Origin: Podarcis cretensis
Lineage: Eukaryota
Reading direction: 5' to 3'
DNA: 64,000 nt
NCBI GenBank assembly: GCA_951804945.1
Contig: OX638151.1
Coordinates: 68,510,001-68,574,000 of the forward strand
The notes under the pieces are model-generated. The model was not told the origin of the DNA, did no database searches, and saw nothing but the letters and a program-made list of their open reading frames with translations. The position numbers were made by a program, and so were the translations under genes. The number at the start of each line of letters is the position of its first letter. The first letter of the stretch is position 1. This document shows, piece after piece, positions 49,873-63,058 of the stretch.

Positions 49873-52800
49873 CTATAATTTCCCTTCAATAATATCATCA
49901 AAGCTTGAAGTTAGCTTCCTGGCCTTCTCATTATTGTTAATGACATTGCAGATGTTATTAACAAAATGTAACCCTAGTTTGACACAACACTTGTGTTTCA
50001 CCTCTTTATGCCTGGGTCTGGTTGCAAAAGCTGTTGTAGCACTCAGACCAGCAGTTTATTTGATATGACTTCTTGTAGGTAACAGGTTACTTCATCAGAT
50101 GCATAAAGAACACCAAGAATGCATTAAGAATAAATGTTATGAAGAATGTTGACATTTACCAATATATTTTTTAACAAAATAGAAAACCGGTGCTACATTC
50201 TGATTACCAGTAAATTTCAGTGTCAGCCAAGTGCCTTTGGCTAATAACCAAATTTCATTCTCATTTCCCTCATTTAGCAGTGAAGGATGACATATACAAT
50301 GGCTGATTGGTAAGTGTTCAAAATAGACCTGACATTTGTCTTCAACAAGTGATCCAATTTCCTCCTGATTTCCATCATGCCGCAGTAAATTTACCAGGAT
50401 ATGCTGAGAAATGTCCAGAATTATGAAAATAACATATGATTTTTGTTCAAAATTTTCTTGCAGCTAAGTAAGTTTCTCAAATTTACTTTTATATAATAAT
50501 TAAAATATACATTCCAGCAAACTGATACAAATATACAATTACTGGGAAAGAAAATATGTTATTTCCATATGCAAACTTTGGCCAGAATGAACTGACTAAA
50601 TCTAAATATACCCTCTCCTTTGACTAATGTTAAGATTATACCCAAAGTAATCTCTGTTGTTAACTCATCACACTGATGAGCTATGCAACTCATGTCATGC
50701 ACTGAACCTTACAGATAAACAAATGGTGCTCTAATTTGGTTACAGAGCAGATATTAATTTCTTAAATAATATATGAAGAGGATTTTCAAGCTTGAAATTG
50801 TTTAGCTCTGTGTTCAAACAAAGAAACAGTGAATACTGCAATGGATGCAAAATGCTATAAAGAGTTTTGAGATACATAATTGGCTGACTTTTCACTGGAT
50901 TTGAACAAGGGAGTGACAAGAACCTATTTTAGTAGTAGCTCCTCTTTATCTCTTCACAATGTTTTTCTTTTTAACAAATCATGGAACTCGCAAAGATAAA
51001 AAGGAGGCTACAGTAGAAATGTTTAGGGGTGGAATTATTTCTGTGTCAAAGACTATATAAAGTGCCTCCTTGGTCGGCATTTATAATGCACACAGTATTT
51101 GCTGAACTCACATAACATGAGATGCATCTTCACTGAGATCCTTATTACTTTAAGTTTCAAATTTATTATCTGCAGTTGAGCTTATCTGACAAGAATATGT
51201 GTAGCCTTATCATTTGGGCCTGTGCATAGACAATAAAGCAAATCTCAAAATAAACAGCACAATTGACAGGCAAACTATGGAAATGGTGAGGAATTGAAGT
51301 TTTGAAACCTCTTTACTTCTGCATTTTACAACCATGCATGTTGTTTTTCTTGCTTTTCAGTGTCAGTTGTAAAATGTTTCTTTCTTGGTAATAGCACTCA
51401 TGACAACAGGGATGGTTTGAAAAAGTAATTCGCTATTTTCCTGCAGACCACCAAGAAAGTGAAGAACATGTTGAAACAATAAGCACTTAAAGTGCTCATA
51501 ACAACAAGATTTACAGGGGGCTCAGTGCATAAGTTCATGGAAGAAAGGCAAACAGCATGAAACAGCTTTTAAAACAAAGCTAAAGCCAGCCAGTGTGGCT
51601 TTACACAAAGCTTTACACAAAGCATTGTGGCTAAAAAGTGAAAGGTACAGTGAGTGTCTCACAGTATGACTTCAGGGCAACAATGGAACATCCCCTTCCC
51701 CACCTGCCTTGGCCACCCAGCAGATACAGTCACATTGTGAAGAAAATGTCTGCTCAAACAAAAAATATCAGGGAAGGATTGTAATGGATATACTAGGGAT
51801 AGATGGGCAATTTTATTTTGCATTCATGTGACGTTCACATGTACTGCCACAGTTTTGCTCAAAAATTATATGTTCCTCTAGAAACACACATTCCTAAATG
51901 TATTTCATCTCAAACTATGCACTGAATGCTGCATAGGCCCTAGAAGGATGGAGCATAAATATTTACAAAAAATAATTGTTGGCTCGCCACTATCTCCATG
52001 GGGGACTTCCTTTGTGCTGCCTCTGCAGCCAGCAGGGAAGCACTCAAGCAGGAACAGCACCATGGTGCTGATGCCCAGGACAAACCCTGACACACAGAGA
52101 GTGCCAATCAGAGGATTCAATGGAATGAACTTTGGCCCACTCCTAGGTTATAAATTGATGCCATGGGTGCCAGGATTCCCTGCTCCCAACTTAACCACCC
52201 TTCCTAAAAAGTAGAGAATGCTTGTGGACTGCGGCCAGCCACACTGGTTGATGGGGCTTCCCCCTCCACACCAAGGAACAAGGAGCGAGGGAAGATCTAC
52301 ATCATGAACAAGTGGGGAAGAAATATCAACACTGGGATCTGCTGCCCTGGTGGATCCTGCCACCTGAGGCAGTCACCTCACCTTGCCTCAATAAAGCAAT
52401 AAAGAGTTCACCACTCCCATAGGAATAAAGAATTTCTTGTTCTTATGCTATTTTTTAATCACAAATTGATATGGCAGGAGAGATTGGGCAGGATCAACAG
52501 CCTACTAAAAGGAGCTTCATGAAAAGTTTTAACTGGAGCCACCTGACAGTCTCAGCTCCAATTTACAGCGTTAAGGCTGGTTGCCAAACAAGCAGGTTGT
52601 GGGCAGTATCACCAGAATGCTACACGCCATGGTAGACTTAAGAGCATGGCAGATCCCTCCTGTTCTCCCCAGTGAGAAGACAAGAGAAGGAAAAGCTGGG
52701 CAGCAGGCGGGCTGCCTGATGGTAGGCTCCTTGCCCTGTGCCACACCAAGCTCTGACAAGCTGGAAGTATTACAGTGGTGGGCATATTTAACCCACTACT

Positions 52801-53282
52801 GGATTGATGTGTTCAATGCTATCCCACCCCCCATGCTGCTCATTCTCCTGCAAGCGGAGCACAGATAATAATGTTGAGTTGTGAACCCTGTTGCAACCTT
52901 GAGAGAAGTGCAAAATCCAATGAATACATTACATTTCAGTCCACATATTAGGCTGGGAAGTGCAGATCAGGTCAGTCCCTATCATAATTGACAAGGACTG
53001 CATTTCTCAAACATACAGTTATTCAGTCTCTCCCTGTTGCACACACATCTTTGAATGAACTGCAACATGGGGAACTATGGGGAAACTGTTTTCTGGGATG
53101 GTTTTGCTGATGAGAACCTATAAAAAATGTAAACTCTAGGCCACTCTCTATGCTGCAAGGCAGAAATCCTATCACTGATTAAAGGATCCTTGGGGTGAGG
53201 AATGAAAGGCAAAGGCAGCAATAAATTCATTAAAATTTTGGCTTATAATTGAGAGAGCTATGCTGTATGAGTGGTACATAAA

Positions 53283-53345
53283 GATAGATGATAGATAGAT
53301 AGATAGATAGATAGATGATAGATATAGATGATAGACAGACAGATA
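53283..53345. repeat. (GATA)n imperfect microsatellite
   Basis: Read directly from the sequence. Confidence 0.92.
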
Positions 53346-55019
53346 ATCCTTTAACATTCTCTCCCTCTGCCAACTCCCACTACCTTGCCTGTTCCTGTCC
53401 ATCATTTTCATCTCATATTCTCATTCACAACCCCCCTGCCTCTTCTCTTTACCTCTTCTATGTTTGATGTCTTGTGAGGTCTAGGAAAATAAGGTGATGC
53501 CTTGTGTCATTTAGCTCAGTGTTGTCTGCATAGATTGGCAATGGCTGTCTGAACTTTGAGGTAGGGGTCTCACTAAGTTATATCCCTTTGCTAATAGCTC
53601 TGCACTTGCATAACAGCTTTATGGAACTGGCCAAAACAGTGGTCCAAAGAGCCATGCTCTTGGAGCTCAAGCATAGCTCCCACCCCATAGAATCCCATCT
53701 TTCTTAACAGCTCTGCTAATTTGGTATACAAGTGAAACCATGTGGTAGTGATGCCCCAATATCTTGGTTGCAGCTGTCACCTTAGTGCCATGGCTCTAAA
53801 TCCAGAGTCCTCAGACCCTGAGTCCTAGAGAAGTAATAGCTCCAGGGAAGAAATGGATCCACTCCCCAGCTCATTCTGAGTAGACCCACCAGCATCAGAT
53901 TCCACACCTAGCCACCCAAACACCAAAGATGTATCTTTGCCTCGGGACTCTGAAGAATCAACAAATGATTCCTTTAAGGATCATGGAAGTGCTGCAGAGA
54001 ATACACGAACTAAGGCCCCACATCCCAAAGCATTACCACCTAGAGGAGGCTGCATTAATGGTCACAGGCCCTTTAACTAGCAGGCTGAAGCAAACTGGGA
54101 GTAGAGTTTTAGTCTATATCCTCGAGATATGGCTATAAAGCTTGGATAGTTGTAACAAGGAAATTTGTTCCCTCCTGCTCTCAGTTACAGGACTGCTAAC
54201 CATGGTCCTGAAACTATTGTTATTGCACTGTGGTCTAGCACTCAGGTCCAGGGTCCTGTCCAAGGTCCTGACCTTCCTCTAGCACAAGGATGGCTTGGGC
54301 AGCTCAGAGAACGCTTCTGCCATCTCTTTCCCACTGTTGCCTCCTCATAGTGACAGGACATTAGAATAATTTACCTAGAAAAAACTACAAAGCTAGGAAG
54401 CAAGAAGAGTTTGAGATACAGCTGTTAGCTGCCTGATAAATCTGTGAATCCAGTGGGAAACAAGTCCCAGCAAAACAACTCCTACCCCACACCCTACACC
54501 ACATCTTTAAATGATCAGGTTGCAGTCCTCCTCACAGCTTAAAGGATTCTGGCAGAGGGGAATGTGACCCAATGGTAAGCATCCTCCCAACCATTTCCCC
54601 ACCATCACTTATCCTCTCATCAACACACCTAATCCATAAAACTGACAGATGAAACAAACAAAAAAATCCCAATTTACTTGGAAGAAAATCTCACTGATCT
54701 CACCAAAATTAATTCCAAATATCTGTGTTTAGGATTGCAGCTTAAGGCTAATAAATGACAGTTTGCAACCTTATCCTATAAATCCATATTAGCTCTTGAA
54801 ACTCAAGCAGAGGATTACATAGAAGTAGTTAAAGCACCATCTTGCACTGTAAAAATAGAAAGGTGGACTAGTTTTAACTACTAATCTCCAGTTTAAGACT
54901 GAGGATTTGTTTACTTACTTTTCCCATCCGAGAGGCTTGAAAGGTCCATTACTAAATGGTACCTGCTGTAATAATGCTCTTTGAGTCTTTATTAATATTA
55001 ACAAGAAACTATGATTTTA

Positions 55020-55092
55020 CATAGAATCATAGAATCATAGAGTTGGAAGAGACCACAAGGGCCATCGAGTCCAACCCCCTGCCAAGCAGGAA
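55020..55092 (-). mobile_element. short, heavily 5'-truncated young CR1 insertion
   Basis: Plus strand (CATAGAAT)2 CATAGAGTTGGAAGAGACCACAAGGGCCATCGAGTCCAACCCCCTGCC is the reverse complement of the CR1 3' hairpin and ATTCTATG octamer tail. Confidence 0.85.
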
Positions 55093-55434
55093 CATAATGA
55101 AACGTATTGCTATTTTAAAAGGGGAGGGAAGTTTCCTCAGTAAAGGAAGTCTGGAACCTTAAATGGCACTACAGGTGCTCCAGAAGTGCCATTCAAGTGC
55201 CATTCCAAATGAAGGATCCATCCTTATACCAAGGATAGGAGTCAATGAGATAGATAAACTGCTGTTCTTAAGAGTACCATGACTTGTAGAACCAGACTGC
55301 AAATAAACTGAAGTTCTGTTCTCATAGGTAAGTTTCATAACCCCTAATATCCATCAAATAGTTTGAGATTGTGTTTCACCCACTTCAAACTGGTGAAAGT
55401 AAACTGTTTTACAAGGTAAAAGACTTTGAATTGA

Positions 55435-55929
55435 TTTTTTTTTAAAAAAACTTTTTTATCATATTATCAATGCATAGTATGTTGCAGTCAAACACATGAT
55501 AGTAAGAAGAGGAAAAAATAACATAAGTATAAGACATATATCTGTAAATAATAATAGTAACATAGCTTATTCCTCCAATTTAATTGACGCCTATGAGCCT
55601 TAATTTTAACTCCCTTCTGTTCTTTCTCTGGTATCCTATCTGTTGTCTTTTTGACTGCATTTTCTTATTCTACTAAATTATTTTCATTACCTTACACTGT
55701 CCCACTTTGTCACATCTACTGCTGAGTATTTTTTTCAGTCTGTTACACTTCATTTCTTGTTATACTATTTTTTTCTATATATTCTCTATATATGATGTCC
55801 AGTCCTCTTTTAAATTAGTATCATCTTTATTTCTTAATCTGTTTGTCATGCTGGCAAGTTCTGTATTCTAATATTTTAAGGTGCCATTCTTCTCTTGATG
55901 GTACTTCATCTGTTCTCCACTTTTGTACT
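55435..55929 (-). mobile_element. L1-clade LINE 3' fragment (ORF2 C-terminus, 3' UTR, A-rich tail)
   Basis: Minus strand translates VQKWRTDEVPSREEWHLKILEY / ELASMTNRLRNKDDTNLKEDWTSYIENI* with one frameshift, like non-mammalian L1 ORF2 ends. Degenerate TSD ACTTTGAATTGA (55423-55434) vs ACTTTGAGTGGA (55930-55941). Confidence 0.78.
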
Positions 55930-57330
55930 ACTTTGAGTGGAATTTGTGCCATTGACAGGAAAAGCTTCTGGCAGAAAACGTGAACTGCCAATTTGTCCTA
56001 CTAAGTGTGGCCCTGCATACACCAACACAACAGTGTTCATATCCATTGTGGGCTCTCTACAGATACATTCTAATGAATGTATGTAGGTCAGGTATGGAAC
56101 CTACTTACACAGTGCCACTTCCCTGGTATGTATTCATTTGATTTCACATGAAAATATGAAATAGGCTGCTGTATGAAACACTGGGGTGAAAGCAACCTGA
56201 AGATGCAAACAGAGACTCCACATTTTCAAAGTTCATTACCAAAAATTAAGGGGACTTGACTTGCTGTGCAAAAAATAGGAACTTCCTTTCCATTATATTG
56301 GTTACAGGAAGACCACCAAAGTGAGCCATTCCAAGCCAGAAGAAAGATTTCTTTGCCCTTGAGTGACAATGCTTGTAATCTGTGAAGCACCCACATAGTT
56401 CATTGATCTGTGCTTTATCCAGTACAAAGTGCTATATATTTAGTACAGAAGGAGATTGCTTGTAAAAATGTCAAGAACCCACAAGTCACTCTGATGTTAT
56501 TTCACAGGACTTATTCTAAAGAAAGAAGGATCTTCATAAAGGTTAGGAGGTAGGGGCATTATGAATAGTGTGCCTTATTAATGTTTTTGAGCAATAAAAG
56601 TTCTAAGATCATAAAGAAAGGAACAAGAGGTGGGTTTTTTTTAAAAGGAATGGGGTTTTATTATGCTTTTAAAGATTGCCAGATTTTAATCTGCACTAAG
56701 TAAGCTAGTTTGGACAAACATACCAGCCATATGCAACAGGGGCAATGGGATGATACTGTTCTGCCTTGCCCTTGGGCAGCATCCATGCCTATGGGCCCAA
56801 AGGACATCTACCAATGGCAAAATATTTGAATACAGCTGATGCACCAAGGTCTGAATCATTTAGCCAATTTCCAAAATGTATGTGGGTTGTAGATTATATC
56901 AATTGAGCCTACACTTGTTGGATTTTTCACATCTAGCCTCTGTGCTAACAAGGATACCTACAAGGAGAAGCCTGGTAGAAGACCAGGCACCCCAGTAGAA
57001 GACAGGCACCCCCAGACTAGTGGGCAGGGTACTACATCCCCTTTATCTGTAGCTCGTAAATACATGCAAACCAAGCCTAAGGATAGTCCTTGACTCGAGG
57101 GCTTGCAAATTGATATTAAAAAGGCATGTCATAAATTGGGGAAATGGTCAGAGATGGATAATAAGTTTGCAATGTAGGAAAGTGGGAATGAGTTTGCTGC
57201 AGGGGAATCTCAGGTTCACTTTTATTTTGCTCATTCAGTATCATTTGCCAAATTCAGAAATCTGTGGTATATCTAGAAGTTCCCTCTTATGAGGATTATA
57301 TCCATGTTATCTCTAGCCACTGGTTTAGTT

Positions 57331-57581
57331 CATGGTTTGCCAATGTGGCAACTGCAGGCACACATATGCCCAGAGAGGCCTTTCCAGGGCCCACAGTCTT
57401 CCCTCTCACGCTGAAATTAGCCTTGAAAGAAGCCTTCTTTGGTCATCAGAAAGCTTTTTCTTCAAGCCTAGTTGTGGTATGGGGTATTTTGTGAAGTTGC
57501 AGCCAGAGTGTGTGTGGTGTTCACAACAGTTGTTGTAGTTTGCAGACAAGTCCATAGGACCAGAAAGGTTGGAGACCACTG
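57331..57581. mobile_element. old hAT-like MITE
   Basis: Right end AAAGGTTGGAGACCACTG is hAT-like. Left end CATGGTTTGCCAA is degenerate and the TSD is not convincing. Confidence 0.4.
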
Positions 57582-58163
57582 ATCCAAGTTCTAACTGTAT
57601 TGCATTGCATCCCCTTTTAATAGCCTAATTGCGATGTAGTATTTTTGTAGGGTTGTTAACAGATTTCTTTTTACCATGCTTCACTACAGCTCATCAGTTT
57701 TGTCTTCTTTGGATCACCCTTCAACTTTAACTCCGACCTGACTTTCAACACACACTTAGATTTGTTACTAGCCTACTGTTCTAAGGCTGTGATCTAATTT
57801 GAAACCCATCAAACATGTGCAATATCAGGCTGCAAATCTTCTTTTCTCTCCATCTATTCACTGGCTTTCAGTATTTACTATGGCCATTTTCTGCAGGATT
57901 CCTCTGCTGTTTGGTGGTTTTCAAGTTTAAACCATTTTGGAAGCAAAGAGAAGAGAGCCAGATTGTATTCCTGCTTTCTCTATAGAAACAATAGCAGAAT
58001 ATAATTTAAGTTTTCATATGTATAGCAATAATGTAGTAATAAATAATGTAGCAATATATTTCTGTAGGATTTTTAAAAAATATACTCCCACCCCCTTAAA
58101 AAAACCACACACTGTACATTTAAATGTGTTGAAAACAATTACCTAGATATACCGGGCATATTA

Positions 58164-58403
<240 letters not shown>

Positions 58404-58914
58404 CTAGGATTAAACAGCAACAATGATTTGATTAGAATAGCTCATGAGAAAGAATAGTCAGAGGCTTTGGAAAGCATTTTCCCTCTTCACTTACCACCAC
58501 TAGAAACATTGCCTCACTAGATATATGGTTCAGGAAGCAGGGGGGAAAGTTGGGATGACTTTGCAACAATTCACTCCTTTTGTTTTACTGAAAACAGCAT
58601 TTCTGTGACAGTCCATTGAGTTATAATCCGATAGCAAAAATATTCACAAGGACAATTTTGCCAAGATATTATTCCCATTCAAGGAGATGCTTTAGTTGAA
58701 GCAGGTACAGCATGACTACATCTGTCATTTATTACTGTTATTACTGACAGGCTCTCTATCACCAGCTGGTTTGGAAGTCCAAGCCAAGTTAAAGACACAG
58801 CTACCCCATCGTTCCCCTCTATTTGCACCAACTCATCCTTTCTCTTAGCCTTTGCTTCAGATACATTTCTTATAAATTTCTTATAACCAAGAGATATGTG
58901 TGTATTGTTTAAAT

Positions 58915-58990
58915 ATGTGTGTGTATCTATATCTATATCTATATCTATCTATCTATATCTCTATATATCTCTCTATATATCTATATATCA
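58915..58990. repeat. complex (TG)/(TATC)/(TA)/(TC) microsatellite
   Basis: Read directly from the sequence. Confidence 0.9.
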
Positions 58991-59741
58991 CATCACATAC
59001 AAATCTACCCTTTTGGAGCTACTTTCCATCACACTTTTCACCTACTTGGGTTATTAAAAACTAGGGATAGAACCAGGGAATAAATCAATGTCATCATGGG
59101 ACAGGACAAAATTCCATTCCATCCTGTTTCCATGTGGGTTGTTCAGGACAGGTTTCCAAAGAATATATCCTTTGAAATCTGTACAGAAGTTGTTTAAATG
59201 AAAAAAGCAAAGGGGGGAAAACGTTTGTTTTATAAAATGTATATACTGCTTGGTTGTAAAACAATAACAACTCTCACACCACTTATGAGGTGGTCTAAGT
59301 TGTGAGCTCTCACAAGGTGATCTGGGGGCTGTCTGCCTAATCATGTTGTTTTTAAAAAGCGATTTCATCCAGCTGTGTACAGCTAGCCTAAAAAGTGGTT
59401 TGTTGCCATGCAGAATGAAATCACCGTAGTAAGGCCTGCTGGAAGTTAGAGAATTTGATCACCTTCCATCGCTCTCAGGGGGAATCGTAAAATGCTTAAA
59501 ATGTGTGTAAAGTACATACATCTTTTTACATACATTTTACTATTTTACATTGAATTCTCCCCTTGAGTCTTGGGGGGGGGGCATTAAATTTTAAAAAAAG
59601 TAAAATATGTCCAGTTCCCCTTAAGAGCAATGGTGCATCAATAAGACAAAAAGAAATGCTCTTTTTAAAATATGCTGCCAGATTTAACACTTTTCTTGTG
59701 CAGATCAAATCACAGCTGATGTTAACTGCTGCATGATAGAA

Positions 59742-60291
59742 AAGGTGATTGAGGAGAAATTCCTTTCAGTTCATATTTAAAGGCGAACCTCCTTCATCTG
59801 CACTTTTCTGAAACAACAGGCAAACAATAGACAGGCATCCCTTGAAATTCACACTTTTCTGAATTTTGCAATGGATTTCGCCAACCAACCACTGTATACA
59901 AAAATGTATCTATTAAGGCAGGGGTGCACAATCTTTGGCCCTCCAGATGTTTCTGGACTACAACTCCCAGCCAGCATAGCCAGTGATCATGGATGATGGG
60001 AGTTGTAGTCCAACAACCATCTGGAGGTTCGCAGGTTGTGCCCCCCTGTACTAAAGTAAAAGTATGCATATGATAGTGAAAATAATGTTTTATGGAATAT
60101 TGCTTTGCAATACTGCATATTAGACAAAAGTGAATAAAAACATGTGCTTATTAGGAGAAATTTGCACTAAAATGCACAGAGACTCTTTTTAAAAATAAAT
60201 TAATTGCAGACTGATGGAAATGTGGAGAACTCAAGGTTGGGGGGAAATGAGAACCTGAGAAAACCAAAACTGACAAATTTGCCCATCTCTA
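59742..60291. mobile_element. old hAT (Ac-like terminus) non-autonomous element, interrupted by a younger MITE
   Basis: Right terminus reads TAGAGATGGGCAAATTTGTCAG on the minus strand (TAGGGATG-type hAT end). Left end is degenerate; family recalled from lizard repeats. Confidence 0.55.
59919..60048. mobile_element. hAT (Charlie/URR1-like) palindromic MITE
   Basis: CAGGGG...CCCCTG termini and internal IR GGACTACAACTCCCA / TGGGAGTTGTAGTCC, shared with the 46875 element. TSD TATTAAGG vs TACTAAAG (6/8). Confidence 0.85.
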
Positions 60292-61328
60292 AGTTCAAAA
60301 AGTGTGCTTAATACATTCATCCTTGAAACGGCACCAAACTCTGGAATAATCCAGAAACTGCTTTTCTGCAAAATGTCAAGCAATGCTCAATGCACTGATT
60401 TTGACCAATCAAAGACTGTTTGTCATACATCTGGATGGAGAAATCAAGTTCCAACTCCATAACAGACAGCATCAATCCATCAGTGGGAGCTACAGGTCAG
60501 CTATGAATGGACATCACAATGGACTAAATTCACCAACATTCTACCTTCTATCTTATTTTCAGCTGCTCTGTATGGAAGGAACCTCTTGTCCATACTGAGT
60601 AGGAGGGTGCTTGAAATGAAATTTGTTCCAGGTCCAACACATATTGGAACAAATCATTCATTGAGGCCCTGTTTTTAGCAGCAATTATCACCAAATACAT
60701 GGGGCACTGTAGTGGATCCCATGGATTCTCTGAACTGATAAGATAGAGGTGATGATTTCCTAATAATCTTTAGAAAACACAGTGGTGGAGTTCTCCTAAA
60801 GAGGGGCTCTTGCTTCAGACTGTATAAAAACATCTTCATGTGGTACTTTTGGACCCAACTGCAGTGCAGAATAAACACAAACATCACCATTTCTGAATGG
60901 ATTACATGAGAATCAATTTTGGCTTTTGAGGGCAAATATTCAGCAGCAGACTGATAAGAATTAGTTCCCTCCGGAGAGTTTGATTGGTTATGTTCTTGAA
61001 TGCCTTTCTAAATTAAAATAAAATCAGTAAACAAAATTAATTATTCTGGTGATACTTAATCTCAGGCCCCAATATTAACTTTTAAATTAACTAAGGTACC
61101 CGCATGACATAAATGCCTAATTCAATTGATCCATTGTCTCTTATGAGCAAGGTAGATATATTCACAGTGTATTTCTGGACTTTTTCTTTTTTTTTTTTTG
61201 CTCCCCCCTCCCCTTAATTTTTAGGAGGAAGATTTTCCCCATCTTCTTTGTTTGAAGTTTTTGTGCTCTGAATTTATAGTCAAACGACATGATCAGCAAT
61301 TCCACTTGATGTCTGTTGCTTGACTATG

Positions 61329-61411
61329 ACTCATTCCTATACATGGTTACTATATTCCATTGAACTCAATAGGGCTTACTTCTGAGTAGACATGAATAGA
61401 TCTGCACTGTA
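61329..61411. mobile_element. short palindromic squamate MITE (same family as 10083)
   Basis: CCATTGAACTCAATAGGGCTTACTTCTGAGTAGACATGAATAGATCTGCACTGTA is the reverse complement of the 10083 pattern. Confidence 0.6.
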
Positions 61412-62965
61412 TATAACTTCAGAGGTCTGAGAGCAAACTTACAGCATATACAAAAATCCAGTATAGCAATGAGAAGAGCTTTAGCCTAGTCTTCTCCAAA
61501 ACACAGTAGTTATGTGAAAGGATGTTTATTATTACTATTTTGAATCAGGGAGCAACCAAGTCTTCAGTTCTCCAACTATAGTCTGATGTGGTGTCGTATA
61601 ACAGCTGATCATCATGTGAACTTGCTGATCATGTGTTTCACTTCTTAAACACAATTAATGCAGAAAAAAATTACATTGACCATTGATCAAAATGTTTACA
61701 TTTGTAGTTCACATTCCCATCCCAGAGATGTACTTTACTGAAGACATTTATTACAAGATTTATAATAATCAACTTAGAAATAACTGCTTATTTCAACAGT
61801 GTGTTATGACAGGCTGAAGAGATAAGCTTGTCACAACTGGTGTGGAGGAAGAGAGCAGGTAATAGTACCTTAGTCATTTTTCCCACACTACTTATGACAC
61901 ATCTATTTTTCCACCCTCCTGCTCTCCAAGATGCCTTTTCTTCTAAGCTGAAAAGCCCTGAACATGCTAGAATTTCCTTCCAAATATTTTTTTTTCATGC
62001 TTCCAATTATTTTGATGGTCCTTCTTCTATGTATCTTTTATGGTTCAGTCATATCTTTCTATAGTAGGTATACAGCTTTCTTGGCATTCTTGAATGAGAC
62101 CACATTTCCTCCCTCCCTTTCACAGTAAAGTAGAAAATTGTTGGGTGGGATTGATGGGGGTTAAGCCCTGCACCATACAGATAACTGGGCCTTTTTGTGA
62201 TGACTTTTAAACACATCTCCCCAGAACAACATACATGTATTGTTCAAATCTCTGTATTTCATTCTGGTTGCTCAGTTTGCTCTTCTAATTTTTTGCATTC
62301 CCCACCCCACATAGTATTTTATAGACCAGTAATGTGCATATTGTATCTATTTTATTACCAAGGTTGTGAGGTAGAAACCTAATAGGAAAACAACATGGGT
62401 AAGTAAATAATGCATTGAGTTGGTAAATTAAAAATGTATCCACTGACTTAAGTTTTCAAGATGACAATTCCATAAGATTAAACTGGCTAGATGGTATGTG
62501 TGCTGAGAGGAAAGTGGTGTCCCTAGTGGCTGCCAATTACTGCCCAAAATACACTTTCCTTTTTAAAATATACTACAATAAATGTGGGTACTAAGGACTT
62601 CTGAAGTAAGGTTTATCTGGTCATCAATGTGCAGTGTTGTCATTGACGGAAACTTCACATGCTGAACTTTTCTGTATCTTGCATCAGTTGTTGATCTCTC
62701 TTTGGACTATTCTGTTTGAACTATCATATACCATTGGATTTGTTCTTAAGATGCTATTTGTATTTATCCCATCTTTCTGGTGAACCTAGAAGAGTATGAT
62801 TAGCCATGATTGTGGGAATGGGTTGTATGTTTAGGTATAAGGCAATGTTTTTAAAAGTACTCTTCCAAGGATGACTAATCTCTGTAATCACATGACCCTT
62901 AAAGGCAAAACAACAGTTTTCACTTCAGAAATGGAGAGTACTAAAATAGTCCTCAACAGACAATT

Positions 62966-63058
62966 ATAGCTGCAATCCTATACCTTTCTACCTGGCAATA
63001 AATCCCATTCAACTCAACGGGACTTATTTCTAAGGAGACATGCACAGAATCACACTTA
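62966..63058. mobile_element. short palindromic squamate MITE (same family as 10083)
   Basis: GCTGCAATCCTATAC...AAATCCCATTCAACTCAACGGGACTTATTTCTAAG..GACATGCACAG. Confidence 0.6.

Noticed and set aside
54366-54395. Intronic ratchet-like site TTTTTTCTAG|GTAAAT on the minus strand
   Set aside because: Short pyrimidine tract with a competing AG just upstream. Such motifs occur by chance in a 25-kb intron, and there is no supporting evidence.
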